From a virus (lineage: Duplodnaviria; Caudoviricetes), in the IMG/VR virus record IMGVR_UViG_3300009160_000047, positions 1-60,102 of that record: 60,102 nt of DNA, one strand, 5' to 3'. The stretch's first letter is position 1, and each line of letters starts with the position of its first letter. The notes beneath the pieces were generated by a model. The model saw only the letters and a list, made by a program, of their open reading frames with translations, was not told the origin of the DNA and searched no databases. A program made the position numbers and the translations under genes. Below are positions 1-9,014 of this stretch, one piece after another.

Positions 1-166
1 CAGCATATCCAGTAGCAGATAACAAGCCACCCGCACCGCCACCGCCACCATAACCACCACCGCCACCACCCCCGCCAGCCACGACAAGGTACTCCACCGC
101 TGTTACAGGTGAATTGATGCCGTCACGCCCGACCGAAAGAATGCCGCCAACTCTATCAAGAGACAT
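1..166 (-). CDS. Glycine-rich tail-fibre-type protein, N-terminal part (runs off the window start)
   Basis: ATG at 166 after a GGGAGG RBS; reads MSLDRVGGILSVGRDGINSPVTAVEYLVVAGGGGGGGGYGGGGGAGG, the same VEYL(I/V)VAGGG..GGGGGAGG unit as 57335-59035. Confidence 0.8.
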   Translation of the reverse strand, partial: MSLDRVGGILSVGRDGINSPVTAVEYLVVAGGGGGGGGYGGGGGAGGLLSATGYA

Positions 167-178
167 AGTAGCCTCCCT

Positions 179-577
179 TTACGCTATGAGTTCGTAGCTA
201 ATGCTGTAAGTGATGCCGCTGGCTGTGCCGGATGTAACAGTGATTGATGTGCCTTCCATCAGATACAAAGCTGATGTCTTGTCCACAACAATCAAAGATG
301 CACCGACAGGCACAGAAACTGTAGAAGCAATTGGGTATGCCGTACCGCTACTAGGGGCCGAGCCTTGAGCTACTGCGCCGTTGGTGTAGATGCTTACAGT
401 TGTGTTCACTGCCGCAGAACCGCTTACATTTGCCGCCACGATCTGGTTAATCTTCATCACTGTACCGCTAGAAGCGGCGTTAGGAAGAAGCACTACGGCT
501 GTAGTTGCAGATGGTGTTAGATAGGTTGTTACACCGTAAATCGTGGTTGAACTGCCAGCAATATTTGGATTTGCCAT
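179..577 (-). CDS. Small virion/tail-associated structural protein
   Basis: 132 aa Ser/Thr/Ala-rich, beta-strand-like ORF with AAGGA RBS in the tail gene cluster. Confidence 0.6.
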   Translation of the reverse strand: MANPNIAGSSTTIYGVTTYLTPSATTAVVLLPNAASSGTVMKINQIVAANVSGSAAVNTTVSIYTNGAVAQGSAPSSGTAYPIASTVSVPVGASLIVVDKTSALYLMEGTSITVTSGTASGITYSISYELIA

Positions 578-586
578 GATGTTTCC

Positions 587-1405
587 TTAAAAGCCAAAGA
601 CGAGAGCCATTGCCACTGCTTGACCGCGAGTAGCGCCTGTTGCGGGAGCAGCTTGCCAACTTGGTAACACTCCTGCGCCATTACTTGTTAACAGATAGCC
701 TGTTGTGCCGGGGCCAATTGAGGCTTGAAAGTTACCTGTACTGGTTGTGCCTGAAAACACCACGCTGTAAGCGGTTGTAGTGGTTAGACCTGTACCGCCT
801 TGGTCTACACCAAGAGTTCCAGTAGACACCAAGTTTTTACTTGCGTCTGTAAAGACAGGCTTGCTGGCTGTAAGACCAGAGTCAAGGATGTTTCCAACAG
901 TCAGTTTAGTGCCATCAAACGTCATGTTTGCAGAAGCACCAAAAGCACCAGAGCTATTAAATTGAACCTGCGTGTTAGAGCCAGCAGCAGAACCACCGCC
1001 CACATTAACAAAGTTAGTGCCGTCCCAAGCCACGATAGCCCGTGTACCAGCCGCTACAGTTACGCCTGTTCCGGTTACACCTTGGACGGTAATTGACTGG
1101 GTACTGCTTTTGTTAATAACCACGTAGGTTTTAGACTGGGCAGGGACTGTAATTGTGCGAGTGACCGTGCCAGCAGCCGTCCACAGAATCACTGCATACT
1201 GGGAGCTATTAGCTGTTAACCCTGTACTAGCGTATGTGCCTGTGGTCAGAGTTAGCGTAATGTCTGCATCAGCAGAAATAGTCTGCGTACCAGCTACCGC
1301 AACGTCAACGATCTGAGAGATGGCGTTGTTGATTGTGTCGCCCCACTGACCAGACAGTGTGCCTGTAGCCGGGAGGGTTAGTCCGATTAGCGATGTATTT
1401 GCCAT
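587..1405 (-). CDS. Tail fibre/spike-like structural protein
   Basis: N-terminal G.L.LP..G..SG.WG..IN motif; AGSNTQVQFN.SG.FG and L.V.QGGTG motifs typical of phage fibres; C-terminal AVAMALVFG. Confidence 0.7.
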   Translation of the reverse strand: MANTSLIGLTLPATGTLSGQWGDTINNAISQIVDVAVAGTQTISADADITLTLTTGTYASTGLTANSSQYAVILWTAAGTVTRTITVPAQSKTYVVINKSSTQSITVQGVTGTGVTVAAGTRAIVAWDGTNFVNVGGGSAAGSNTQVQFNSSGAFGASANMTFDGTKLTVGNILDSGLTASKPVFTDASKNLVSTGTLGVDQGGTGLTTTTAYSVVFSGTTSTGNFQASIGPGTTGYLLTSNGAGVLPSWQAAPATGATRGQAVAMALVFGF

Positions 1406-1414
1406 CTATTGCTC

Positions 1415-2431
1415 CTACTGAGTAGAAATTTGTGTCCAACCGGGCGATTCCGTTGTATCAACAGCACCCCAGCCCGGTGTTTGCGGATTGCTGATATTTT
1501 GCCAGTTTGCGCTCTCTGTGTCATCTATTACTTCCCACAAATTACGCCCGCTGTTTGTGTCTGTAATAACCATCGTATCCGAGGTACTTACATTGTACGC
1601 AGTAGCCGCCTGTGGATTATCCGCGATAGCCGCAAGCTCTGCAATAAATTCTGTGTAATACGTTCCAACCGTTGTAGCGTCAGACGTAGCGATTGTCTCA
1701 ATGATCTCAGCCAGCCATGTAAACAACTGCTGTTCTGAGATAGCCATTGACTCGGTAATGTTACCCAAGAACGTGGCAACAGCCTCTTCAACTGTTGAGA
1801 TTGGGTTAGTCTCAGTAATAGAGACTGGGAAATTAGCCGTGGCAGACTCAGTTGTGCTTGTGGCTACAGAGTCAGATACCGTGGTTGTGTAAGCAGTAGT
1901 TGCCGTGTTTGAATCCGTCAGCGCCGCTGTTTCAGTAATATTTTTAGCAAACGTAGCCGCCACAGACTCAGTTGTAGAGGTAGCCGCAGTCTCAGTAATT
2001 GATTTGGCAAATGTTGCCGCCACCGCCTCAGTCGTTGAAGTAGCCGATGTTTCCGTAATTGATACTGGGAAGTTGGCTGTAGCCGACTCTGTGGTCGAGG
2101 TAACTGATGTTTCTGTTACCGCCCCTGCAAATGTCGCCGTAGCAGACTCGGTAGACGTAATTGCCGCCGTTTCTGTAACTGATCCCGCAAATGCAGTGAT
2201 TGCAGTTTGGCTATCAGATATAGCCGCTGTCTCAGTTATGGACGCATTAGCCGTGAACTGAACGGTCTGGGTTTCTTCAAACGGTGTTGTACCGCCCCAA
2301 AGACCAGACCCCCAAGTGTCTTGACCCCATGCCGTGGCTGTGGTGAGGGACTCGGTGACGCTGACTTCGTAGGTGGTTTCGCCACCCCAGCCAAGATCGC
2401 CCCAAGCATTATTGCCCCACCCATTAGCCAT
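1415..2431 (-). CDS. Thr/Ser/Ala-rich structural protein with ~20-aa tandem repeats
   Basis: N-terminal WG repeats, then about nine units resembling (V/K)SITETAATSTTESATANFP. Confidence 0.7.
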   Translation of the reverse strand: MANGWGNNAWGDLGWGGETTYEVSVTESLTTATAWGQDTWGSGLWGGTTPFEETQTVQFTANASITETAAISDSQTAITAFAGSVTETAAITSTESATATFAGAVTETSVTSTTESATANFPVSITETSATSTTEAVAATFAKSITETAATSTTESVAATFAKNITETAALTDSNTATTAYTTTVSDSVATSTTESATANFPVSITETNPISTVEEAVATFLGNITESMAISEQQLFTWLAEIIETIATSDATTVGTYYTEFIAELAAIADNPQAATAYNVSTSDTMVITDTNSGRNLWEVIDDTESANWQNISNPQTPGWGAVDTTESPGWTQISTQ

Positions 2432-2432
2432 A

Positions 2433-2996
2433 TCAGGTCAATGTAGCAGTGTAAGTAACAGCAATTGTGTCGCCAGAAACAACAGCTTTAGAACTAGAAA
2501 AGTCTCCAGCGGAGAACAATGTTCCAGTTGTTGAGTCTTTAGTTGCGCTACCACCAATGTTGATAAAACAACCTGCAACAGTGCCAGTGCTCGTGATAGA
2601 AAACGACACCGCAGAAGATGTTGTCTTGCTACCAGCAGAAGCCGCACTGAATGATGGCGTAGGACGGTTACCTGAGTACGTAGGAGCATTGGCTAGGCCA
2701 ACCTCTAACCATGTGGCGTGTGAGGCTTGCGTATCAGCTACAACCGCTGTTCCTGTACCTTTAAGACCCATCACAACTGCGCCGCCAGCGGTGTTACCCA
2801 GCGTGGTGTCTAGCGTAAAGTTCTTACCCACTGTAGTGACAAGGTTCTCAATATCATCAGACCATTTAACAAAACCATCTACGCTATAGCAAACGGCAGT
2901 GTAGTGACCTTGAATAGACATTGTGTCTTCAGGCATTGTGTTGTATTTGGTTGTGGCTTGCACCATGTCGGTGGCAGTCATTTTGTCGATAGTCAT
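2433..2996 (-). CDS. Virion structural protein (tail-associated)
   Basis: 187 aa; NLVTTVGKN and GTLFSAGDF..VVSGDTI motifs common in phage tail-region proteins; AGGAG RBS. Confidence 0.65.
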   Translation of the reverse strand: MTIDKMTATDMVQATTKYNTMPEDTMSIQGHYTAVCYSVDGFVKWSDDIENLVTTVGKNFTLDTTLGNTAGGAVVMGLKGTGTAVVADTQASHATWLEVGLANAPTYSGNRPTPSFSAASAGSKTTSSAVSFSITSTGTVAGCFINIGGSATKDSTTGTLFSAGDFSSSKAVVSGDTIAVTYTATLT

Positions 2997-3005
2997 GGAA
3001 GCTCC

Positions 3006-3431
3006 TTAAGAAAGTCTAATAAGCGCGGATGTACTAGTATCCGTAGGCATTGTTACAGTGAAAGTATTGACAGAAGTTTTGTCATTACCAAAGTCAAGAA
3101 CGCAAATAGCTGGTGCAGCACCGCCAACTTTATAAATTAATGCTCCACGGGCAGTAATTGAACCTGTCCAAGCAGGTGATGAAAACGTTACGTAGGCAAT
3201 GCTACCAGTTACGGTTGTTGCATAATTTAGTGTAGCAGTAACAGCCTGCCCAGTAGCCACGTAGTTACCACCTGAAGCTTCACCTACCGAGGTATACGTT
3301 GTTGTAGTCTCATCCAACGTAGCTGAATTGGTATACAAAGCTAGCTTAAAAGAATCTGTTGCAAAGTTAATCGTGCCTGTGGTCATGGCCACACGGAGAG
3401 TATTGCAAGAGTAGTTACCAGTAAAAGCCAT
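3006..3431 (-). CDS. Virion structural protein (tail-associated)
   Basis: FKLALYT, ITARGALIY and VLDFG.DKT motifs of a widespread phage structural family. Confidence 0.7.
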   Translation of the reverse strand: MAFTGNYSCNTLRVAMTTGTINFATDSFKLALYTNSATLDETTTTYTSVGEASGGNYVATGQAVTATLNYATTVTGSIAYVTFSSPAWTGSITARGALIYKVGGAAPAICVLDFGNDKTSVNTFTVTMPTDTSTSALIRLS

Positions 3432-4087
3432 TAGGTTACCTTCTGACGGTACTGGCCAGAACGATAAGCATCCTGACGCTCCATGCCATCTCCCAAACGT
3501 TTTGCAAGGCCGAGAGCTTCTTGGTATTTGGTGTTGTACAACGCCATCATGTCAGCCTCACCCTTCATGTAGGTGTAAGCCTCGACCAATGAACCATAGA
3601 GCAATACAGAATCAAAGTTGTCACCAAGCCAGGTTGTACCCGCAGTCACAATAGACTCTGGATAGAAATAGTAGTGCAACTCAACGTTGTAGTTGGCATC
3701 TGGTGTTGGGCCAAGAATAAAAGACAATTCAGCCGCGTTAGTAGACTGAGGGCCAAACAATGCGTAGTACTTTGGAATTTCTGTATCAGTTGGTAATGGA
3801 TACGCTTGACGGATGTAGTTAACGTCTTTGTTCAACAAGTATTCGTATGTACCATCAGTATCAATAACTGCCATGGAATAGACAGCTAAAAAATCATTAG
3901 GACAGGCTAAATATTTATTGTTAGCCGACATTACACCCGTCACATTCTTACGAATGGAAGGAAATTGAACGGTGTTGTAAATACGTTGCTCAGCTTGCTG
4001 AACAAACACAGGGATCTCCGCCACGAAGTTTGACTCCGTGTTCTCCGTGTATGCCTGAATATTGGCGCTAAGCTGCGTATAGTTCAT
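3431..4087 (-). CDS. Head-tail adaptor / tail tubular protein A-like
   Basis: AEQRIYN, P.YYA..G, GPTPD..Y.VEL.Y and LLYGSLVEA motifs; position in the structural cluster. Confidence 0.6.
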   Translation of the reverse strand: MNYTQLSANIQAYTENTESNFVAEIPVFVQQAEQRIYNTVQFPSIRKNVTGVMSANNKYLACPNDFLAVYSMAVIDTDGTYEYLLNKDVNYIRQAYPLPTDTEIPKYYALFGPQSTNAAELSFILGPTPDANYNVELHYYFYPESIVTAGTTWLGDNFDSVLLYGSLVEAYTYMKGEADMMALYNTKYQEALGLAKRLGDGMERQDAYRSGQYRQKVT

Positions 4088-4094
4088 TTAAACC

Positions 4095-4361
4095 TCAACC
4101 CATTGGGCCGCGTGCCATTACACCTTTAGTCGCCGCGCCTGTGCCGCGAATCTTGATGCCAGAAGTCTTTGGTGCTTTGTATGGATCACGGCTGATATTG
4201 CCAACGGACATATTTACATCGTTGGCAGTAAAGCGGTTACCGCCGTCATAGCCATTATTTTTAATATCCACGCCGGCTTTACCAGTCATGGTATGGGGTG
4301 GTGCATAGACTTTAGCATCGCCAACTTCTTTGCCCATCACTTTTTTGCTGAATTTAGCCAT
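4095..4361 (-). CDS. Small basic protein
   Basis: Start moved to ATG 4361 (MAKFSKK) after GAGG; C-terminal RGTGAATKG motif. Confidence 0.6.
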   Translation of the reverse strand: MAKFSKKVMGKEVGDAKVYAPPHTMTGKAGVDIKNNGYDGGNRFTANDVNMSVGNISRDPYKAPKTSGIKIRGTGAATKGVMARGPMG

Positions 4362-4362
4362 A

Positions 4363-4551
4363 TTAACCTCGCTTTTGATTAGCAATTTTAGCCAGACCAC
4401 GACCCATTTTCTTCATGTCGGCGTTTGTTTTGCCAACAGTATGTTTCTTGGGGCCATTCTCAATCCCCACAGTGGGTCCACTGTCACCGTAATTCTTACC
4501 GACTGTCTTGCCCTGTTTAGCAACGCCGTCTGCTGATCTTGTATACGCCAT
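4363..4551 (-). CDS. Small basic protein
   Basis: 62 aa Lys/Gly-rich; ADGVAKQGKT motif shared with neighbouring genes; AGGAG RBS. Confidence 0.6.
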   Translation of the reverse strand: MAYTRSADGVAKQGKTVGKNYGDSGPTVGIENGPKKHTVGKTNADMKKMGRGLAKIANQKRG

Positions 4552-4560
4552 ATTAAGCTC

Positions 4561-4989
4561 CTATGTAACTGTTACCGTAACTGTACCAAGTTCTATGGTT
4601 AAAACCAAATTATTTGGTGTTAATACTGCATCAAAAATTTGGGATCCACCAACTGGATTCCATCCCCACTGGAAAACCCGACTACCTGCTTCGGGATAAC
4701 CAAACTGATCTATACCTGTACCATTCGTATCATTGGTTTGAAGTCCACTTTGACCAGATACCAAATAGCTAACATCAGGCCTTGGCTCGCGCACAGCTTG
4801 TGGATCATTAACTGGGTACATACCCAATTGCAACTGCGGCTGATCAGGATCCCAACATTCGTGACAAACTTTAATTTTAAAAGGCTTAGTCTTAACTGTT
4901 TGCGTGCGTAATTCTTTGAGCATGTACCGCTGAGAACAACGATCACATTCTGCAATTGCATATTTACCGGACGCAAACCGATTAGGCAT
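4561..4989 (-). CDS. Zn-ribbon protein of the head-completion cluster
   Basis: CDRC...CHEC pairs and DPQAVREPRPD; likely start MPNRFASG at 4989 overlapping the upstream stop. Confidence 0.65.
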   Translation of the reverse strand: MPNRFASGKYAIAECDRCSQRYMLKELRTQTVKTKPFKIKVCHECWDPDQPQLQLGMYPVNDPQAVREPRPDVSYLVSGQSGLQTNDTNGTGIDQFGYPEAGSRVFQWGWNPVGGSQIFDAVLTPNNLVLTIELGTVTVTVT

Positions 4990-5908
4990 AGAACAAATTC
5001 CTTGGCACAAATCTCAAGGGTGCCGTCTCGCGGTCTTCCGACTGTGCTATGTCCCATTGCTGCTCATAATCGGCCTTTAGAGCCATTATTCTTTGCGGGT
5101 CTACGTCAGGTAGCTTCATGCTCAATTGAACGGCTAGACCGGCCACCATGCAGGGAATAAAGCGGAAAGGAATATCTTGAACAGATGTACCCGTACCCGC
5201 ATCTTGAATACGGCGCATGCGGTAATACACAAGGGTGTACTGATCGCCAGGGGAATTAGGCGTTGGCCAAATATTAATGGCAGGTATGTTCTGAATTGTC
5301 AGCGCTGCACCTGCTGTATGGCTTGCGGCAGTTGTATTGTTCTGTCCACGAGCACAATTAACTAGCTGGTTGCCAACAATATTGGGATAGCTAATTGTTT
5401 CGTTATCAATTTTGATAAAGCCAGCCGTAGATAAATTAGCAACTGAGGACACCGTAATAGATGTAGCCGTACTGTTAATTGTGCTACTTAGAGTTACTGT
5501 AGACAAATTCTCTTGGCCGGATTGGCGGTTAAACCACATCTGAATAGGGCGACCTTGAGCCAGCTTGTTAGGCAAGCTCATGTAGGTAGACTCAGAGATG
5601 CCGCTGATATTGATATCAATCTGGTTTGATGTACTGTTATTTTGGCGAATAACAGTATCCAGCAGGTTAATCGTATCAGCAGGCATAGGGTATATGGCCT
5701 GCCCTGTAACCAGCGGAATCTGTCCTTGTTCAACAGTCCAGAAATTTATGCCGCGATTTGCCCACTCAATCGTCAAAAGATTTAACGAACGGCGGGCTGT
5801 ACGAAAGTTATAGCCAGTACGAAGTTCTTGACCGCAACGCTCGAATGCCTCTTCAATGAGGTCATTCATGTCCAAATTAAAGGCAGTGGTTCCGGTAGTC
5901 TTAGCCAT
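4982..5908 (-). CDS. Head-tail connector/adaptor protein
   Basis: IEEAFERCG..ARRSLNLL..EWANRG, GRP.Q, WPTP and D.P.RF.PC..GLA motifs, with an inserted beta-rich ARGQNNTTAASH segment. Confidence 0.65.
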   Translation of the reverse strand: MAKTTGTTAFNLDMNDLIEEAFERCGQELRTGYNFRTARRSLNLLTIEWANRGINFWTVEQGQIPLVTGQAIYPMPADTINLLDTVIRQNNSTSNQIDINISGISESTYMSLPNKLAQGRPIQMWFNRQSGQENLSTVTLSSTINSTATSITVSSVANLSTAGFIKIDNETISYPNIVGNQLVNCARGQNNTTAASHTAGAALTIQNIPAINIWPTPNSPGDQYTLVYYRMRRIQDAGTGTSVQDIPFRFIPCMVAGLAVQLSMKLPDVDPQRIMALKADYEQQWDIAQSEDRETAPLRFVPRNLFYA

Positions 5909-6156
5909 TATTTTTTCGCAGTCTTAGCAGAGTTTACGAACGCTTGAGCAGTTGGCGCACCTTTGCTACCAGGTCTACGCATTTTCTCTTTAGAACCTGC
6001 GGCAATTCTTTTACGTTTTGCATTGATATTGGCATATAGTCCAACCTTTCCGCCATCGGCGTATTGAGTAAAATCCGTGTCATCTCGGCGAGGTTTTCTA
6101 GTCCCGCTGGGCATCTTAGAGGGGGAGATATCCCCCATTCCACGGCTTGCTCTCAT
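5908..6156 (-). CDS. Small basic protein
   Basis: 82 aa; GLYANINAKRKRI...GAPT..AF motif; YADGG. Confidence 0.6.
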   Translation of the reverse strand: MRASRGMGDISPSKMPSGTRKPRRDDTDFTQYADGGKVGLYANINAKRKRIAAGSKEKMRRPGSKGAPTAQAFVNSAKTAKK

Positions 6157-6158
6157 GG

Positions 6159-6779
6159 TTAAGCTCTTGTCTTTCCACGAATGGCAATACCATCCGCACG
6201 CTTAGAAGCAGAAGAAACCTTACCGCCAGACTTCATGCCGGTACTGCCCATGAATTTATTTTCATCTGACTTCTTTTTGATGCCGGTAAGAATGCGGTCT
6301 TGACCACGATCTGAAGCACCAGTTATGCGGCTTTTTAACTTGCCAAGCATAGAATCAAAATCAACTCCAGATTCGCGGTTGGTACGGTTCATACGATCAT
6401 ATGGAGTTTCGTACCTTGGGGCCGGCTTCTTATAACGGCTTTCTAAGCGAGCAGATTCATCACCCGTATCTGTAGTAGATTCTTTAGCTAAAGTGCGCAA
6501 AGGCATTTTTTCCTCACTGGCAGAACTACCACGGCGAGTCAAACCTTGCTGTTTGTTCATGTAATCACGCAAGCTCAAACCCGAATCTTCCAATTCTTTT
6601 TTGGAAACGCTACGAGCTTTAGCTGGAGCAGACTTAGGTGTAAATCTTGACACCGGCTCTGATTCCATATTGTCTTCAACAAACTTACGGGCGCGCGCAC
6701 GTGTTTCATCGTCAATATTGGGGTTCTCACCCTCAACAATGTCACCTTCTGCGTAGCGTTTCATCTTACGTGTTGCCAT
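6159..6779 (-). CDS. Charged low-complexity protein
   Basis: 206 aa ending MKSGGKVSSASKRADGIAIRGKTRA; AAGGA RBS. Confidence 0.65.
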   Translation of the reverse strand: MATRKMKRYAEGDIVEGENPNIDDETRARARKFVEDNMESEPVSRFTPKSAPAKARSVSKKELEDSGLSLRDYMNKQQGLTRRGSSASEEKMPLRTLAKESTTDTGDESARLESRYKKPAPRYETPYDRMNRTNRESGVDFDSMLGKLKSRITGASDRGQDRILTGIKKKSDENKFMGSTGMKSGGKVSSASKRADGIAIRGKTRA

Positions 6780-6788
6780 GATATGTCC

Positions 6789-7088
6789 TTAGCACTTTCC
6801 GCCACCGTACATGGTGATCATTGCGCCTTTAGTTTTGCCTTTGGTACAGCAACCATCAGCACGTTTAGATGCAGAGCTCACTGAGCCACCTTTTTTATAT
6901 CCCATGTCGCTAATTTTCTTGCGCGCATTAGCATCAACAACATTTTGTTTTGCTTCTTCAATTGCGTCAAAGTTATAAGGCTTTGGGATACCGCGAGACT
7001 CACGCTTCATTTCAGCGCTAGCCTCACGTTCGGCTTTTCTAGATGGCATCATGTCCATCATTTCATTTAATTTTTCACGGAGTGCCAT
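6789..7088 (-). CDS. Small basic protein
   Basis: 99 aa with YKKGGSVSSASKRADGCCTKGKTKG, paralogous to the C-terminus of 6159-6779. Confidence 0.65.
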   Translation of the reverse strand: MALREKLNEMMDMMPSRKAEREASAEMKRESRGIPKPYNFDAIEEAKQNVVDANARKKISDMGYKKGGSVSSASKRADGCCTKGKTKGAMITMYGGGKC

Positions 7089-7097
7089 GGTAATTCC

Positions 7098-7628
7098 TTA
7101 GCAGGTTTTGCCGCCACGTTTCATTGCAATCATTGTGCCCTTGGTTTTACCCTTGGTAGCAACGCCATTAATGCTAGGAGCAGCGGTTTTAACAGCACCC
7201 ATTTTTGAAGCAGCAATACCACCACTCTTCATTCCATTATGTGCTTTAGAAGCAGGTGCCGCAGCATGGGCCTTCAAAGAAGTAGCAATGCCACCCTTTT
7301 TCATGCCGTACTCAGCTTTTTCATGTTTAACCATGGATGCAGGCGCACCCTTTTTCTTCATGAAAGAAATTTCTTTTTTTGCCATTGCTTTAGATTCAGC
7401 CATATCGCCACCTTCTTTAAAGAGCGCCATTTTCCCGTGCTGGGTTTTTGGCTTGTTTACCTTTTGAACATCTGGACGTGTCATGCCGCCAGTACCAAAC
7501 TTCTTGCCTTTGTCAGCTTTGATGAACTCTTCACCAACGCTAGACTTAATACCAACTTTCTTAGCAAATGCAGGATTATTTGCAATTGCTGCCATAAAGT
7601 TGTGTTGTTTCTTGCTAGTTGAGGGCAC
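7098..7628 (-). CDS. Lys/Gly/Met-rich basic protein
   Basis: MPSTSKKQHNFMAAIA start; several MKxGG motifs. Confidence 0.65.
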   Translation of the reverse strand: MPSTSKKQHNFMAAIANNPAFAKKVGIKSSVGEEFIKADKGKKFGTGGMTRPDVQKVNKPKTQHGKMALFKEGGDMAESKAMAKKEISFMKKKGAPASMVKHEKAEYGMKKGGIATSLKAHAAAPASKAHNGMKSGGIAASKMGAVKTAAPSINGVATKGKTKGTMIAMKRGGKTC

Positions 7629-7863
7629 TTCTATGCTCCTTCATAAAGTCATCTATCTTGCTCTCAAGTCTATCTAACCTGGCCAGCACTCGATTAATGT
7701 CATTATGTACATCTGATTTGGTTACAAACTTCTCAGCATTTTCTTCACGAGTTTTGCTCAAAAGAATACTCAAGCGCTTCACTTCATCGTGAGACGCCTT
7801 TACCCAAAACATCAACAGAGCTGATGCAAAAGAGAGTATTACATTCCAAACCATTAGTTCCAT
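7615..7863 (-). CDS. Small membrane protein with coiled coil
   Basis: N-terminal hydrophobic helix, then FVTK.D...LDRLE.KID; holin-like or accessory role unresolved. Confidence 0.55.
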   Translation of the reverse strand: MELMVWNVILSFASALLMFWVKASHDEVKRLSILLSKTREENAEKFVTKSDVHNDINRVLARLDRLESKIDDFMKEHRSALN

Positions 7864-7864
7864 G

Positions 7865-8110
7865 TTAGCAATTCCAAGCTCTTAAAGATTTATTGATCCG
7901 TGAGTTTGGATCGTTGGCCGTCTTTTCGCTGGTCAGCTTCTTTTTCATTCCGCTCATCCTCGCACAGAAAGAGTCTCGCCGGGAGCCTCCTTCTGGCTGG
8001 GGACGTTTCAAGTTCATACCTTGCGCTTTGGCAGAGGCTCGCCCTTTGGCGTTCAAGCCGCCCTCTGGGTTCTTGCCTTCTTTCCTCTGCCATGCTGGAC
8101 TCTTAGCCAT
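7865..8110 (-). CDS. Small basic conserved phage protein (DUF6321-like)
   Basis: AWQRKEGKNPEGGLNAKGRAS..SFCARM..DPNSRINKSLRAWNC. Confidence 0.65.
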   Translation of the reverse strand: MAKSPAWQRKEGKNPEGGLNAKGRASAKAQGMNLKRPQPEGGSRRDSFCARMSGMKKKLTSEKTANDPNSRINKSLRAWNC

Positions 8111-8378
8111 AAAAAGCTACCGCAGTTACGCTTGCGCCAAGGGTAACAATTAAACTTGTTGCACACACTACACCTTCGCCGGGAAGCCAAATACTAGATG
8201 TACTGGCGGCGGCTACGGTAAAAGTAAATAATGTGGTTGTACCATCTTTAATGGCAATAGTTGTAGCGGCGGATGCGCTATACCATAAACCTTTAAATCT
8301 AGTGCGACCGTTATAGGCCGTAGTCGCAGTACTTGCTGGGCAATCTGCGCCTTTAACGTCTGTTTGCATCATAATCAA
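8103..8378 (-). CDS. Small virion structural protein
   Basis: 91 aa beta-rich, MQTDVK start and LPGEGV motif; AGGAG RBS. Confidence 0.6.
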   Translation of the reverse strand: MIMMQTDVKGADCPASTATTAYNGRTRFKGLWYSASAATTIAIKDGTTTLFTFTVAAASTSSIWLPGEGVVCATSLIVTLGASVTAVAFYG

Positions 8379-8386
8379 TCTCCTTT

Positions 8387-8406
8387 AAAAACGGGGCCGA
8401 AGCCCC
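8387..8406 (-). terminator. Rho-independent terminator
   Basis: Minus strand GGGGC-TTCG-GCCCC followed by GTTTTT. Confidence 0.75.
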
Positions 8407-8415
8407 TTGGGTTGA

Positions 8416-8934
8416 TTAAGCTGTACGAGTAAACACGTAAGCTGTTGCGCTAGAGAACATAATGGTAAAGCGACCAATGCCAGTTGCACCAGAAGCAATT
8501 GTCAGATCACCAAAACTACCAGCAGTGTCTGCGGCAGCAGTAGACAAGATACCGTTTGTAGCTACAGCAATAGTTACAGTTGATGCGCCAGCGGTGTTGT
8601 CAATGTACAAATCCAACACGGTACCAGCAGTAGCACCTAAAGCTGCACCAAGCAAAGTGCCGGTTGGCAAAGTAATGGTAGTCGCTGCGGCTGAAGTAGA
8701 GGTGATATAGCCTGTAGCAACTTGTGCTGCAGTGGCCGTTGCTGTGGCGTTAATTGCAGCAGTTGAAGAATGGTTTTCATTTCGATAAACCAAATTTGTA
8801 GTAGTCAAATTGGTTACGCTACTAGTAACGCCAAGAGTTGCCGTGGTAGTGACTGCGCCAGTATTTGCGTCAATTGAAACACTTTGGAAGCCATTCTGCG
8901 ACCGCACTGGGCCATTGAATGTGGTATTTGCCAT
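8416..8934 (-). CDS. Capsid decoration / head-fibre-like protein
   Basis: MANTTFNGPVRSQNGF start typical of the gene after the capsid gene in related phages; Thr/Ala-rich. Confidence 0.6.
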   Translation of the reverse strand: MANTTFNGPVRSQNGFQSVSIDANTGAVTTTATLGVTSSVTNLTTTNLVYRNENHSSTAAINATATATAAQVATGYITSTSAAATTITLPTGTLLGAALGATAGTVLDLYIDNTAGASTVTIAVATNGILSTAAADTAGSFGDLTIASGATGIGRFTIMFSSATAYVFTRTA

Positions 8935-8946
8935 GATATTTCCTTA

Positions 8947-9014
8947 CATACAAGTTAGGCACATTGATCTGTATGTCGTCAGCCGGGACTGTTCAATGCA
9001 CCGGATAAGCCCGG
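8947..9014 (-). ncRNA. Candidate structured 5'-leader RNA (two stems with loop-loop pairing)
   Basis: Stems 9010-9014/8983-8987 and 8969-8975/8947-8953; loops 8993-8999 and 8961-8967 are complementary; abuts the AAGGA RBS. Confidence 0.5.
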
